DNA from: Monocercomonoides exilis PA203
Lineage: Eukaryota > Protista > Preaxostyla
Assembly: GCA_001643675.2 (NCBI GenBank)
Contig: LSRY02000009.1
Coordinates: 1,054,001-1,118,000, forward strand
Direction of reading: 5' to 3'
Length of the DNA stretch: 64,000 nt
The first letter of the stretch is position 1. Every line of letters starts with the position of its first letter. Position numbers and translations under genes: made by a program. This document shows, piece by piece, positions 51,518 to 64,000 of the stretch. Under the pieces are notes generated by a model. It was not told where the DNA came from. It was given only the letters and a program-made list of their open reading frames with translations, and did not search any database.

Positions 51518-54500
51518 TATGGGTGATTTTTTTTGATATCATAAAAAAAGATCAAAAATCGAAAAAATATAATCTATAGTGGTATTTATTGATCAAAGAG
51601 TTAATTTGATTTATTACAGTATTTAGCTTTTATTTCTGTCATATGTATTTGTTTTATTATTATATGCAAAAAAACATACCTTTTTGATAATTTCAGAGCA
51701 AAAAGATTTTTTTGATCAAGTTCAATAAAAATTAGCCAAAAATAAATAAAAAAAACTTCAAAAGAAAAAATTGCAAATTCATAATTGGCAAAATACAACA
51801 TTGCAAAGAGAAAGTTTATAAGAAGAACAGAAAAAATGATAGGAAAACAAAATTATTGAAACTAATTGAACTATAATAGTCATTTTTCTATTTTTTCCCT
51901 TTCCTTTATAAGGCCAACAAATTTCCATTCTATTTATTCCATTCATAGGATTCATCTTACGAAAACAGATTCAGTGACATATCAGATAAAACTGAGTTCA
52001 ACAGCTGATTCCCTCTCATTGCCCAGAATAACATTGATTTCAGAAGTGGAATTGAAGCTTATTCCTTTGGTAGACCCCAACAGACCCCATGTGCCAACGT
52101 CGAGTGTGCCCTCAATGGCTTCATCTCCCTCCTCCACGACGCCTCCCTCACCCTCCTTTCCTCAACATTTGTTCCTTCTCAAACACTCACTTTCAGCGCA
52201 GCTGATGCAAAAATCACAGGAAACGATATCCTTTTCTAATTTCATTAAAATTTCTTCCATTTTCCATATCATTGAAAAATTCTTGAGCTTTCATCTTCTT
52301 TTCATTTGAAATTTATTTTTTTTCTAAATCCTTAATGTCATCTCAAATAAAAGCATTTCTTTGTCATTTTCAATTTGATTTCGCTTCTTCATCAAACGAA
52401 AACAAAGCTCGTTGCTTTAAGAAATCGTCGATTTCTCCTCTTCAATATTCATCTCTTCGATCATATCAGAAAATTCTTCAAAAGCATTTATTTCCTCAAC
52501 ATTCCGATTTCAACTTGTTCGTATCAAATAAGAGCAAGAATCTCTATAATTTCTCTTCAAATATGCCTTTTCCTCAAAATTCTTTTCTTCCTCATTTCAT
52601 TTTCTGCAATTCCCCGTGGTTTCGCTGCTGTGAAATCTGCCGAAGGCTATTTTCAAACTCATTCATTCCAAACAAAAATTACTTCAACATTATTTCGTTT
52701 TTATCTGTGCTTCTTTCAGCATCTAAATGAAAAGTCAGAATTGATTCAGTTGTTGATAACGAGCAGACTTTTCTTTGCTTTGTGGAGAATTGCTTCCGTC
52801 GTTATACTCTTTCAGCTGATATTCATTATTTGAATAAGCATATCTATGCATCTTTCCACGTTGCAACGAAAGATGAGGTCTGGCACTGAACTCGATGAAA
52901 GTTGAATGAAAGAGAAGGAGAAGAAGTTACGGTAAGCAGTAAAAGGGGAGGAAGCGAACCAGGAGCAACAGGATTAGCCGAAGATAGTTGTTTAGCTTTG
53001 GATTGCAGTGAAGGAGATAAAGATGTTCAGAGAGAAGGAGAAGATTACTGTTGGATGTTCATTAACAAGGAAGAATTGACAAGTGATGAAGTTCAGTGAG
53101 AAAGAGGAGAAGAACATTTTTTGTATTTGCGGCAAAATCAGCAGCTGAATCAAAAGGCGCAACCAAATTGAGGGCAGGGTATTTCTGTATCAGATCCATC
53201 TCCATTGAATTCTGCGATGTGAAGAAAGATGCCAACTTTGAGAACGAAAGCGAAGAAAACAGCTTCGACAGAGCATCTCTTCTTCCAAGCACGCTGCTCT
53301 GACTGAATGTTCTTATCATTTTATCCTTCTGAAACAGCAGAGGCGATCCTTTCCCTACTCCTTTCTATCCCTTTCTGTGTGTTTCTTCTGTTTCCTCTTC
53401 GCAGTTCTGTACAGCTTTGCTTTTTCCCGCTCTTCAGCGCACTCATCAGATTCAACCGAGCCCTCGTTTGCCTCTCTTCGACTGCTGCATACACAGACAC
53501 TTCCTGTAACTTCCTCACAAATTGCTCGTTTTCCTCGCTTTTTATGCAAACATAGGGGAGGGGCACATCCAATTCATCGCTCAAATCTTCAAAGACAGAA
53601 TTAGATAAATCAATCAACGTGCAGTCAAATTTCCGCTCTCTGGTCAAAATTGGCGTTTGGCTTTCTTTCGCCTCTTGTTGCGTCTCGCTGGCCATTTTGT
53701 TCTCTTTCTGGTTGGTTGGCGTGTATGTATCAAGGTGTGATTGTAGTATTCCTTGGATGCTGCTAAATAGATTCTTGTCTTTTTCCTCTATCTTCTTCGC
53801 CATTTTCTCCATTTTCCTGCGCTCTCGCTCTTCTTTTTTCTCCTTTTTCTTCTTCTGTATTTCCTGTTGTTTCATCAGCCGAAGCAGTTTTTCTCTCTGA
53901 TCATCTGATTCCAATGAATTAAACGTGTCCTTCTCCTCTTCATCGTCCACTTTCCCTTTCTCATTCTGAAACTCATCTTGCATCGCCCTTGTCACTTCTT
54001 TGTTCAAATCCTTCATCTCCATCACACTCAACGTCACCCCCCCTCCTCCTCATCCTCCTCCTCCAATTCCAATTCGAATTCCTCCTCCTCCAACAGCAGG
54101 TAACAGCGGAGTCGTAGGTGCACAAACAGCTCCTCTACACATCTCCATCTCTTGGCTGTGCACAATCAACGCCCTACCTCCGACTCCTCTCCATCCTCCG
54201 TCCATTCGCTTTCCTCGTGTTAAGTGTATTGTTCCAAAGGCGCCTCTTCCTGAAGTATATTGTTTAGGCTGTGGAGAAGGTGATGGTGTTGGAGATGGAA
54301 TTGTTGTTGTGTTCTGTTGTTGTGGTTGTTGCTGCTGTTTTTGCTGAGTTAGCGATGAAAGAGGCTCTGGTTTTGGCTCATCATTGTTCTTTTCGCCTTT
54401 TTTGTTGTTTCTTATTGATTCTCTGGCGTTTGCACTCTTTTCCACTTCCGTTTGATTATATTTGCTTTTGAAACAACTGCTTTGGGGTTGTTCATTAAAT

Positions 54501-57500
54501 CCATCAAAATCACTTCTTCGTTTTCGCCGTTGTTTGAGCGATCATCTTCTTTGTGCTCATCTTTTCCATCATTTTCATCGCCTTTAACTTCTTCCTTGTT
54601 TCCATTTTCATTCAAAGAATTATTCCATTCTTTCTCTTCTTTCTCCCTTTTTCGCCATCCCCCTCATTTTTGAAGCACTCACATTAATTCCTTGTCTTTT
54701 TATTGATCGTCAATCGGTGCAGGAGAAATCAGCTTGTTTGGAATGAACATCAAAAGCACTTCATTCACAACACAATCACGTTGAAGCTCAAGTGCCTGGT
54801 AATACTTTCGCATTTATCTCTTTTTTTCTCTCTGTTTGTGTCTCTTCTCTCTTCGCTGTTCTTCATCACTGATGATGGAGCTGACAGAAAGGCATTCAGT
54901 TTCTTCCTTTTTTTTCGATTCCTTCAAAGAATTTCTTCTCATCAATGATAAACTCTCGTTTTCTTCTGCTTTTGCTTTATCTTCTTTTTCATTTTCATCA
55001 TCATTGTGATCTCCTTTATCAACATGCTTTAATGCCTTTATCAACTTAATTTGTTCTCTTGTTCTTTTTTCCTCTCTTTTCTTGTTCCTTGCTTCTTTCT
55101 TTCTTTCTCTTTCCCTCTTCTCCAGATTCTCCGCATACCGCTCCACCATCCGAAACTCTGCAAACAGCGGCAGTGCCTCAAACACATCGGGAGGGAGAAC
55201 AAAACATCGTCTTTTTCTTCTTCTTCCGAACTGTTGCTGCATCCTCCTCATCTGCTGCTCTTTGCCTGTCAGAAATCTGTTTCTAGAAGAGCGAAGCAAC
55301 GAGGAAGAAGAGGAGGAAGAAGAAGAAGAGGAAGAAGAAGAAGAACGTGAGGCACCAGAAGCAGCAGCCACTTGTGCACAGCGGTTGAGATAGCATCGAC
55401 GGAGGAGAGGATGCATCGCTCTTATGCAGCGAGCCATAGCAATTTCAGAACGATGAGGTGGTTTGGGGTGGAGAGAGGGGTCAGTAACAGCTGGAGAAGA
55501 TGGGGAAGATGAAGGAGAGGGAGAAGGAAATAGCTGATGAAGAGAAAGAAAAGATTCATTTTGCATTGAAGAAGGAGATGTGCCTGTTCCTGTGCCAATG
55601 CCAGCAATTGAATGAGTCAAAAAGGTTTATGTTGAATTTTGATTGCTTTTTCTCTGTCTTTGTCTTCGAGGCACAAAAGATGAATTTTGAAGGGTTACTT
55701 CTTGTGGCGGAAGGGTCACAGGAAGCAGCAGATGCGGCTCATGTTTTCTTTTGAAAGTCTTCGATGATTTCATCAATTTCTGCTTTTTCTGCTCTTTCTT
55801 GTGATGAATTCACTTCTGACTGTTCGGAAGAAGAGGAAGATGAAGATGAATCGTTTTCTATGTTTTCTTTCTTGTATAATTTGACTGAGACTGTTTTTGA
55901 TGACGATGTTGAAAAAGAAGAAGAAGAAGAAGAAGGTGAAGGAGAAGAAGGAGAAGAATCAGAATCAGAATCAGAAGAAGAAGAAGAAGAAGAAGAAGAT
56001 AAAGATGAAGAAGAACATGATGAAGAACATGAAGAACAAGAGAATTCACCACAAGTTGAACACACAGATTCTGTTTCAGTTGTACCTTCTTTGCTATCAT
56101 CTCCATTTTCATTCGTTTCTTCTTTTTCTTCTCTCATATTCTTCTTCTCAGAAGAATGCTGATGATGATGATGATGATTTCTGCATTGATGTCGATGATT
56201 ATGTTTATTTCCATGAATATGTCTATGTTCATGTCTGTTCTGTTTCATCTGTCTGTATCTGCCACACAAACATTCGCCCACCGGAAACACGTCTTCTTCT
56301 GTCAAATCGTCTGTCATCGGAACAATCTGCAGCCAAATGCCAAATGCCCGTGTGTTTGCTGATTGGAGCTGAGAAGTGGTGGATGCAATGGATTGATGTA
56401 ATAGCAGCTTCAGAACAGAATTTGGAGGAGGAGAAGAAGAAGAGGAAGAAGAAGAGTAAGAAGAAGAGGAGCTTGAAAGGGATTCTGAATTGGAAGAGAA
56501 AGAAGAAGAAGGAATAATTGAAGAGTTTGATTCATTTTGAAGGTATTTTTCGACTTCTGTTTTTGTTTTCAGCAGTTCAAGCGCTCGTGTCAGTTGTCTA
56601 CACACCGGAAATAAGGAGCTTTTATATGAACAAGGTGAGTTCATCACAAATGTCTGCAGTTTATTCAGCACTTTCATCGAACAAGTTTTGATCAAGTTCG
56701 AAAATTTTTCATTGGCTTTATAAGCAGAATGGTTTTCATATGTGTTTATATTCCCCCCAAATCTTGGCAGATTCGCCAATGACTCACTAAATGCTGCTTT
56801 TGTATTCAACGAATAACAAGCTTGAGACAACCTCACCAGCTTCTGGATGGATGCTCCTCTTTCACACAGCCAGAGTGGATCTCCAAAGCCCTCTCTAACA
56901 GCGCCAGCCATAAAGTCCCTTCTGATCGCGTCTGACTGAAAAACAGACAGTTCTCTGCTCGAAATGAGGCTGTTTGCAAGCGAGCCGAATCTTCTTCGCA
57001 GAATACCATCGCCGTTGTTCAGCACTTGCTCAAAGAGGAAATCGTCAATGAGATTGGTTGCATAGCCAGGAAAGCCAAATGTGTTGATTGTGTTAAAGGA
57101 TGAGTAGTTTTCGAGTGTCAATGGATTGACTCCACATTCATCGACCGCCTCGTCTGTGTCAAGATGTTCCACCCAATCACCCAACAGCTTAAAACCAGGA
57201 AATTTCTCTCGTTTCTCTTTCTCTTTTCCTTTCCCTCTTTCTCTCTCTTTCAGTTTTTCTTTCCATTTCTCCTTCTCTCTCTCCCTCATCGCTGTTATTC
57301 CTGTTGTTCCTCTCACAGCATTTCCTCTTTTTCCCTTTCCATCTTTCCCATCATTCCCATTCTCATACATTCCAGTGAAAATAGCCAGCATCCTCTGCTC
57401 TTTGTTCGACATTTGTTTGTTTCTCTGCCCCCATCTCAGTTTGTTTTGTCTCAATTGAAGTTTTCTTGTGTAAATGTTTGAAAATTCGTTGTCTTCATCA

Positions 57501-58540
57501 AAAAGAGGCAGCGGAGGAGGAGGAAAATCAGGTGAAGTTGAATGAGAAAGAAGCTATTGAGTGAGAAAAGAATGAGGGAGAGAAGGGATGTGTGAGAGAG
57601 AAGAGAGAGAAGGGAAAGAAGGAGAAAGGAAAGAAAGGGAAGACGATAAAGAAGAAGTGGAGATGGAAGGAGTTGATAGAGAAAGAATAACAGAAGAAAA
57701 AGAAGAAGGTTTGAGGGATGTTTTGAAGCTAAGTTGTGGTTGTTGATTAAGATGCTGATGTTGATGACGAGAATTAGAAATGAATAAGAACATGAATAAG
57801 AAAAATTAAAAGAAGAAGGAGTGCGCGATGTGTTAAATGAGTAAATGTCTGTTGGATACAGATGATTAATAGAGGTGGAAGAAGGAGAAAAGAGTTGAGT
57901 GGCGAAATGGAAATTGAAAGAAGATGAAAGATGAGAAATAGGAGAATATTGAAGAGCTAATGAAGAAGGAACAAGAGAAGATCTGCTTGTTGAGAGAAGG
58001 CAGTGAATGAAAGGCGTATTAAATGAAAGAGAAGGACAAGGAGGATGAAAATGATGAGGAAGAGAAAGAGAAAACAGAAGAAGAAACTGTATGATATGAT
58101 GTTGAAATAATTGATTATGAAGAAGAAGAAGATGATGAATGAATGTCATGAAATGATTAATTGTTGGACATAAAGAAGATGAGTGTCAATTTACATCAAC
58201 TGAGATATTCATTGAAATTCTCTTCTTCCCATTCTTTTATGTTCTTCTGGTGAGCAGCATCCACTGAATCTTTCACTCAATCAGTTTGCATCTCTTTCTT
58301 TCAAACATAAAAATGAATGAATTTGGCATTTTTTCATTTCTCCTTTTAAATTCCATCTCTTCCACATTCGCTTCCATTCTTTCATAAAATATCATCTTTC
58401 CTCAAAAATAATTCTTTGCCAATGCCCAACGCCAGGCATCTTCGAAATATCTCGCATTTCATCTATCTGTATTTTTCTTCCTTGATTTTCTTCTTCTTCT
58501 TCAAAGCCATATAATCCTTCGCTTTTTCAACATCCTGAAT
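51518..58540 (-). pseudogene. Copy B (longest) of the same unknown gene plus 3' flank
   Basis: Collinear ORFs 55739..57454 (571 aa), 54814..55620, 54050..54445 and 53321..54037, broken by stops and frameshifts. Confidence 0.7.
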
Positions 58541-58788
58541 GAAAAAATAATAATCACTTCAAACAACAACAACAACAACAAACCTTCTAAACATTTTTAT
58601 ATGCAATTTTCTGTTTTATATTCTATTGGCAACTGTTTCCCTCCAATAAAAATTCTTTATTCCTTCCATTTTCAAATATTTCATCATCTGATTCCCCAAC
58701 CATCCTTTCCATATGTCATTTCTCCATCAAGTGCATCGATATCTTGCTCTTCTGAAAAATGTGAAATTTATGTATTTTCTTCAATTCC

Positions 58789-61700
58789 ATCTTTCTCATT
58801 GAAAAATATCCTGTTTCTCGTCTGAAAATATCATCTCCAATTCCCTTCCCAATCCCTTCACCCTGGGAACTTTCCATATGAATTTGCTGGCTCAACTCTA
58901 TAGTCACCCTGCACAACGAGATATCCAGCTTTCATTCATTTTCATTCTTTTCCACTTCCTGCCCTGAAAGAAACACAAAAACATTCAACAGATAAATATT
59001 CATATATAGAAAAATAAATAAATGTCAAACTGCTCTTCGACTGTTTTTTGCCAAGCACACTCATTTCCACAACAATCATCATTCAAAAAATAAATCAATC
59101 TCTTCGTTTCAGTCTCAGAATGGTTGAATACAGCATTGCATCTTCTTCACAAAATACATTGTTCATCTCACTGGAGAGTCTTCTCTGCCCGTACACATTG
59201 TGGTGGATGTCCAAGGGGGTATTTTCTGTTTTTGGCATGATCATCTCCTTTAATAATATTCTCAAATACCCAAAGAAGAATATCTCGTTTATTTCGTCAG
59301 TACCCATCACAGGAGGGATATGGCACAGAGAAGAGATAGAAAATGATTATTTGTAGCAAGGGGCGGGAGTTGAGTGATTTTGAAATTGTTTATATTTCGA
59401 GAGGGGTTTTTGAATGAAAGAAATTTTGGAGACAAAGTGGTGGGGAAGAGCAGGTTGAGATTTGGGGAAGACATTGAAGTCAATATATAGAAAAGTTGCT
59501 GGAGATGATGGGGAAGATATTTGAGACTAATTGGAGAAATGGAATTTGAAAAGAAAGAAAAGAGGGCAAAAGCGGGCAAGACGAGAAAAAATTGAGAAGT
59601 GTTCAAGTGGAAGAGGGGTAATTTTTAAAATAGGAGAATGTATTGTAGAAAGAGAACGAAAATGATGAAGAAAAGGAGGGGATTGATATTTTTTTGATGA
59701 TTTTGAGAGCTGAGTGGAAGAGGAAAATGGAAAGGAGTGGAAATTGAGAGATATCTTCATTTTTTGTTATTGAAGCGAAAAGAGAGGAAATTGTTGAAAG
59801 AAAGTGAGTTGATTAGAATAAATCAAGCTTTATTGATTAATAACAAAATATCAGCCAATATAATTGTAATTTGGGTTTTTGTCTCGTTGTGAAGTGAACT
59901 TGTTAAATGAGATGTTTCATTCAGAAAACAGCATCACATGGAACCTCCCAACTTCTTCCTTAGAATTTTTTTGCATTTTTTATGGATTTGTCAAACGCCA
60001 AAAATATTCATTTTCATCATCATCTCATCTTCTTCGCTTTCTTCTTCTTCTTCTTCTTCACCTTCTTCACCTTCTTCTTCTCCCTCTTCGCTTTCTTCTG
60101 CTTCAACATCGTCATCAAAAGCAGCAACAGTTATATTCTTCGAGAAAGAAAAAATAGAAAACTGTTCATCTTCATCTTTCTCTTCATCAGAACAGTCAGA
60201 AGTGAATTCTTCACAAGAAAGAGTCAAAAAAGCAGAAATCGACGAATTCATCGACACTTCAAAAGAAAACATGCGCCGCACCTGCCTCTTCCTGTGACCC
60301 TTCCGCCACAAGAAACAACTCTTCAAAATTCATTTTATGTCCCTTGAAGACAAAGACTGAGAAAAAGCAATCAAAATTCAACACAAACCTTTTTGACTCA
60401 TTCAATTGCTGGCATTGGCACAGGAACAGAAACATCTCCTTCTTCGTTGCACAATGAATCTTTTCTTTCTCTTTGTCAGCCATCTCCTTCTCCCTCTCCT
60501 TCATCTTCCCCATCTTCTCCAGCGGTAACTGACCACTCTCTCCACCCCAGATCACCCTATCGCTCTGAGATTGCAATAGCTCGCTGCATAAGAGCAATGG
60601 ACACTCTCCTCCGCAGATGCTATCTCAACCGTTGTGCACAAGTGGAAGCAGCCCCAATGTCATCGCCTTCTTCACTATTTTCTTCTTCCTCGTTGCTTCG
60701 CTCTTCTAGAAACAGATTTCTAACAAGCGAAGAGCAGCAGATGAGGAGGATGAGGCAGCAGTTCGGAAGAAGAAGGAAAAGACAATATTTTGTTCTCCCA
60801 CCAGATGTATTTGAGGCTATGCCGCTGTTTGCAGAGATTCGGATGGTGGAGTGGTATGCAGAGAATCTGGAGAAGAGGAAGAGAGAAAGAGAGAGAGCGA
60901 AGGAAAGAGAGAAGAGAGAGAGAAAGAACAAGAGATCAAATAAAGATGAGGAAGGTATTGAAGCCCGAAAATGATGTAAATAATAATGATGATGAAAATG
61001 ATAATAAAGCAAAATCAGAAGAAAATGAGAGTTTATCATTGATTGGAAGAGATACTCTGAAGGAAACCAAGAATAATGAAGGAAGTGAATGCCTTTCCGA
61101 CAGCTCCATCATCAGTGATGAAGAAGAGCGAAGAGAGAAGAGACACAAACAGAGAGAGAAACAGAGGCTGATGCGAAGGTATTACCAGGCGCTTGAGTTT
61201 CAACGTGATTTTGTTGTGAATGAAGTGCTTTTGATGGTCAGACCGAACCTTCTGCTTTCTCCGACGCGGATAGATGAATCGATTAAAAGACCAGGAATGA
61301 GTGTGAATGCTACTAAAAGTGAGGGGGATGGCAAAGAAGACGGAAAAGAAGAGAAAGAAGCAACAAATTCTGGAAATGGAAATGGAAACAAGGAAGAAGT
61401 TGAAGGCGATGAAGATAGCACGAAAGACGAGGATCAAGAAGTGATTTTGGAGGATTCAACAAACAACCGCAAAGCTGTTGATTGAAAAACAAAGATAATT
61501 AAACGGAAGCAGAAAAGAATTCAAACACCAAAGAATCAATAAGAAACGGCAGGAAAGACGAAATTCATTCCAATGAACCAAAACAGATCCGCTTTCATCA
61601 CGAGCACTGCAAAAACAACATCAAAAGCAGCAACAAATTCCTCTCCTTCACCATTTCCTTCTTTACAGCCTAAACAATAAATTTCTGGAAGAGGAAACTT

Positions 61701-62703
61701 TGGAACGATACACTTTACACGAGGGAAGCGAATGGACGGAGGATGGAGAGGAGTCGGAGGGAGAGCGTTGATTGCGTACAGCCAAGAGATGGAGATGGGA
61801 AGAGGAGCTGTAGGTACACCTACAACTCCGCTATCACGTGCTGTTGGAGGAGGAATTGGAGGAAGAGGAGGAGAGGTGACGTTGGGTGTGATGGGGATGA
61901 AGGAGTTCAACAAAAAAGTTACAAGGGCGATGTCAGATGAGTTTCAGAATGAGAAAGGGAAAGTGGACGATGAAGAAGCGAAGATCATGTTCGGTTCATA
62001 GGAATCTGATGATCAGAGAGAAAAACTGCTTCGGCTGATGAAACTGCAGGGAATACAGAAGAAGAAGGAGGAGAAAGAAGAGAAAGAGAGGAGGCGGAAG
62101 TAGAAAGAAGAGAGAGCACAGGAAAATGGAGAAAATGGCGAAGAAGATAGAGGAAAAAGACAAGAATTTGTTCAGCAGCATCCAAGGAATATTACAACCG
62201 TACCTTGAGACAGGCACACCGATTAACCAGAAGGTGAACAAAATGGCAAGCGAGGCGCAACAAGAAACGAAAGAAAGCCAAACGCAATTTTTGACAAGAG
62301 AGCGGAAATTGGACTGCACGCTGAATGACCTCTTTAATTCTGACTTTGAAGATTTGAGCTATGAACTGGATGTGCCTTTCAGCTATGTGCGTATCAAAAG
62401 CGAGGAAAACGGGCAATTTGCGTGGAAGATGCAGAAGGTACCTGTGTATGCAGCAGTCGACGCGAGGCAGACAAGAACGCGGTTGGATCTGATGAGTGCG
62501 CTGAAGAGCGGGCTGAGGCAGAGTCGTGCAGAGTTGAGAAGAGGAAGGGGGATGAAGTGGAGGGGATGGTAGCCGTACAAAGAGGAAGCAGAAGTGACAC
62601 ACAGAAAGGGAAGGAAAGGAGCAGGGAAAGGATCACCGCTGCTGTTTCAGAAGGAGAAAGGGATCAGAACATTCAGCCTGAGCAGCGTGCCTGGAAGAAG
62701 AGA
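58789..62703 (-). repeat. IR3 right arm, near-identical core
   Basis: Mirror of 47398-51312; the differences I saw are single-base homopolymer changes. Confidence 0.95.
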
Positions 62704-64000
62704 GAGCTGTCATTCTCAAAGTTGGAAACTTTCTTCACATCGCAGAATTCAATGGTGATGGATCTGATGTAGAAATATTCTGAACTTAATTTGGTTGCGT
62801 CTTTTGATTCAACTGTAGAATTTGACGCAAATACAAAAATTTCTCTGCGTCCTCTCTCCAGCTGCACTTCTTCGCTTGTCAATTCGTCCTTGTTTATGAA
62901 CGACCAACTTCAATTTTCTCCGTCTCTCAGAACATCTCTATCTCCTTCACTGCAATTCCAAGCAAAACTCCTATCTTCTGCTTTTCCTGCAGCTCCTGGC
63001 TTGCTTTCTCCACTTTCACTTACTGCTCTATCTTCGTCTCTTTCTCTTTCATTCAACTCCCGTTAAATTCCGCTCCAGGCCTTGTCTATCATTCCCATTC
63101 AGAAGCACAGATAATTATTTATTCTTTCATGGAATTACAACCAACCTTACTCGGCAATGAAATGGGTAATTTTGATCCGGAGTAACCTATCAGAAGACAT
63201 TCATTAAAGGAAGAAGATTGAATCTGACTTTTTTAACTTGGAAGCTGAAAGAATTCACCAAAAACATAATGAACAAGCCAAGATAGGATTTTTAGGGTGA
63301 ATTGGTTCCAAAATAGCCTCCAACAGATTTCACAGCCACGAACAAACAGCGAATTGCAGGAAATAAAAGGATGAGGGAAATTGATTCAGAAGAAAAGGCT
63401 TAAGTGAAGAGAAATTATATGAGGTTCTAGTGCTAATCGGATACGAATGGATTGAAATCGGAAAGCTGAGGAAATAAATGTTTTTGAAGAACTTTCTGAT
63501 ATGACCGAAGAAATGAAAACGATAATGACTGTTTTTCAACGAACGTATTATTCATTGGATGAAGAAGCCAAATCAAATGGAAAATGACGAAGAAATAATA
63601 AAACCTGTGCTGATTTAGGGATCAATGAAAGGCAAGTGATGGTAAACACTCATGTTGAAAAGAAGATGGCAGCTCATGAATATGAAGTGAAATGAAAAAT
63701 TATCAAAGTTTGAAGATGAAACGATTGAGGAATGTTTAATATTAAAAATGATGAAAATGGAAGGAATTCTGATGAAAACATAAAAAATACATCTTTTTCA
63801 GTGATTTTTGTGTTAACCGCATTAAATGTGAGAGGGTTTGTGAGAGTGAAAGCGGAGACGAGAAGAAAGAGGGATGCATCGCTGAAGGGAGCAATGCATC
63901 CGAGAGAATCCTCCACGGTGGCGCATGGGCTTTGCTGTGTTTTGCCACTGGCATCAACATCACTTCCACCATTTGCAACGACTTTATACTGGGCAATGAG
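59980..64000 (+). pseudogene. Copy C (inverted) of the same unknown gene
   Basis: ORFs identical to copy A up to 62703; homology is diverged beyond that point. Confidence 0.7.

Overview
AT-rich eukaryotic DNA with short GT-AG introns. Its low-complexity, decayed gene families suggest the oxymonad Monocercomonoides; this is my inference from sequence style, not a database result. Three large inverted duplications dominate the window. IR1 has ~8.2 kb arms (990-9150 / 11011-19202). IR2 has ~2.7 kb arms (19204-21927 / 22725-25454). IR3 has a ~3.9 kb near-identical core (47398-51312 / 58789-62703). IR1 and IR2 abut exactly at the terminus of a small GAGATAT-ended TIR element, so they look like one transposon-end-driven rearrangement. 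IR1 duplicates a 7-exon gene (~1494 aa) that appears to fuse a degenerate galactokinase-like (GHMP) domain to a UDP-glucuronate 4-epimerase-like SDR domain, plus a decayed Merlin/IS1595-type transposase. Each IR2 arm carries a MITE, a 71-aa basic ORF, a 13-bp tandem array, a hairpin-ended TIR element, a tRNA-derived Pol III-like unit and a GTCACCGG motif array. The window also holds an intronless GT32/capsular-polysaccharide-synthesis-type glycosyltransferase, a 3.2 kb TIR element with an 8-bp TSD, a pogo-like MITE and several pseudogenes. Without raw reads, an assembly artefact cannot be excluded for the palindromes.
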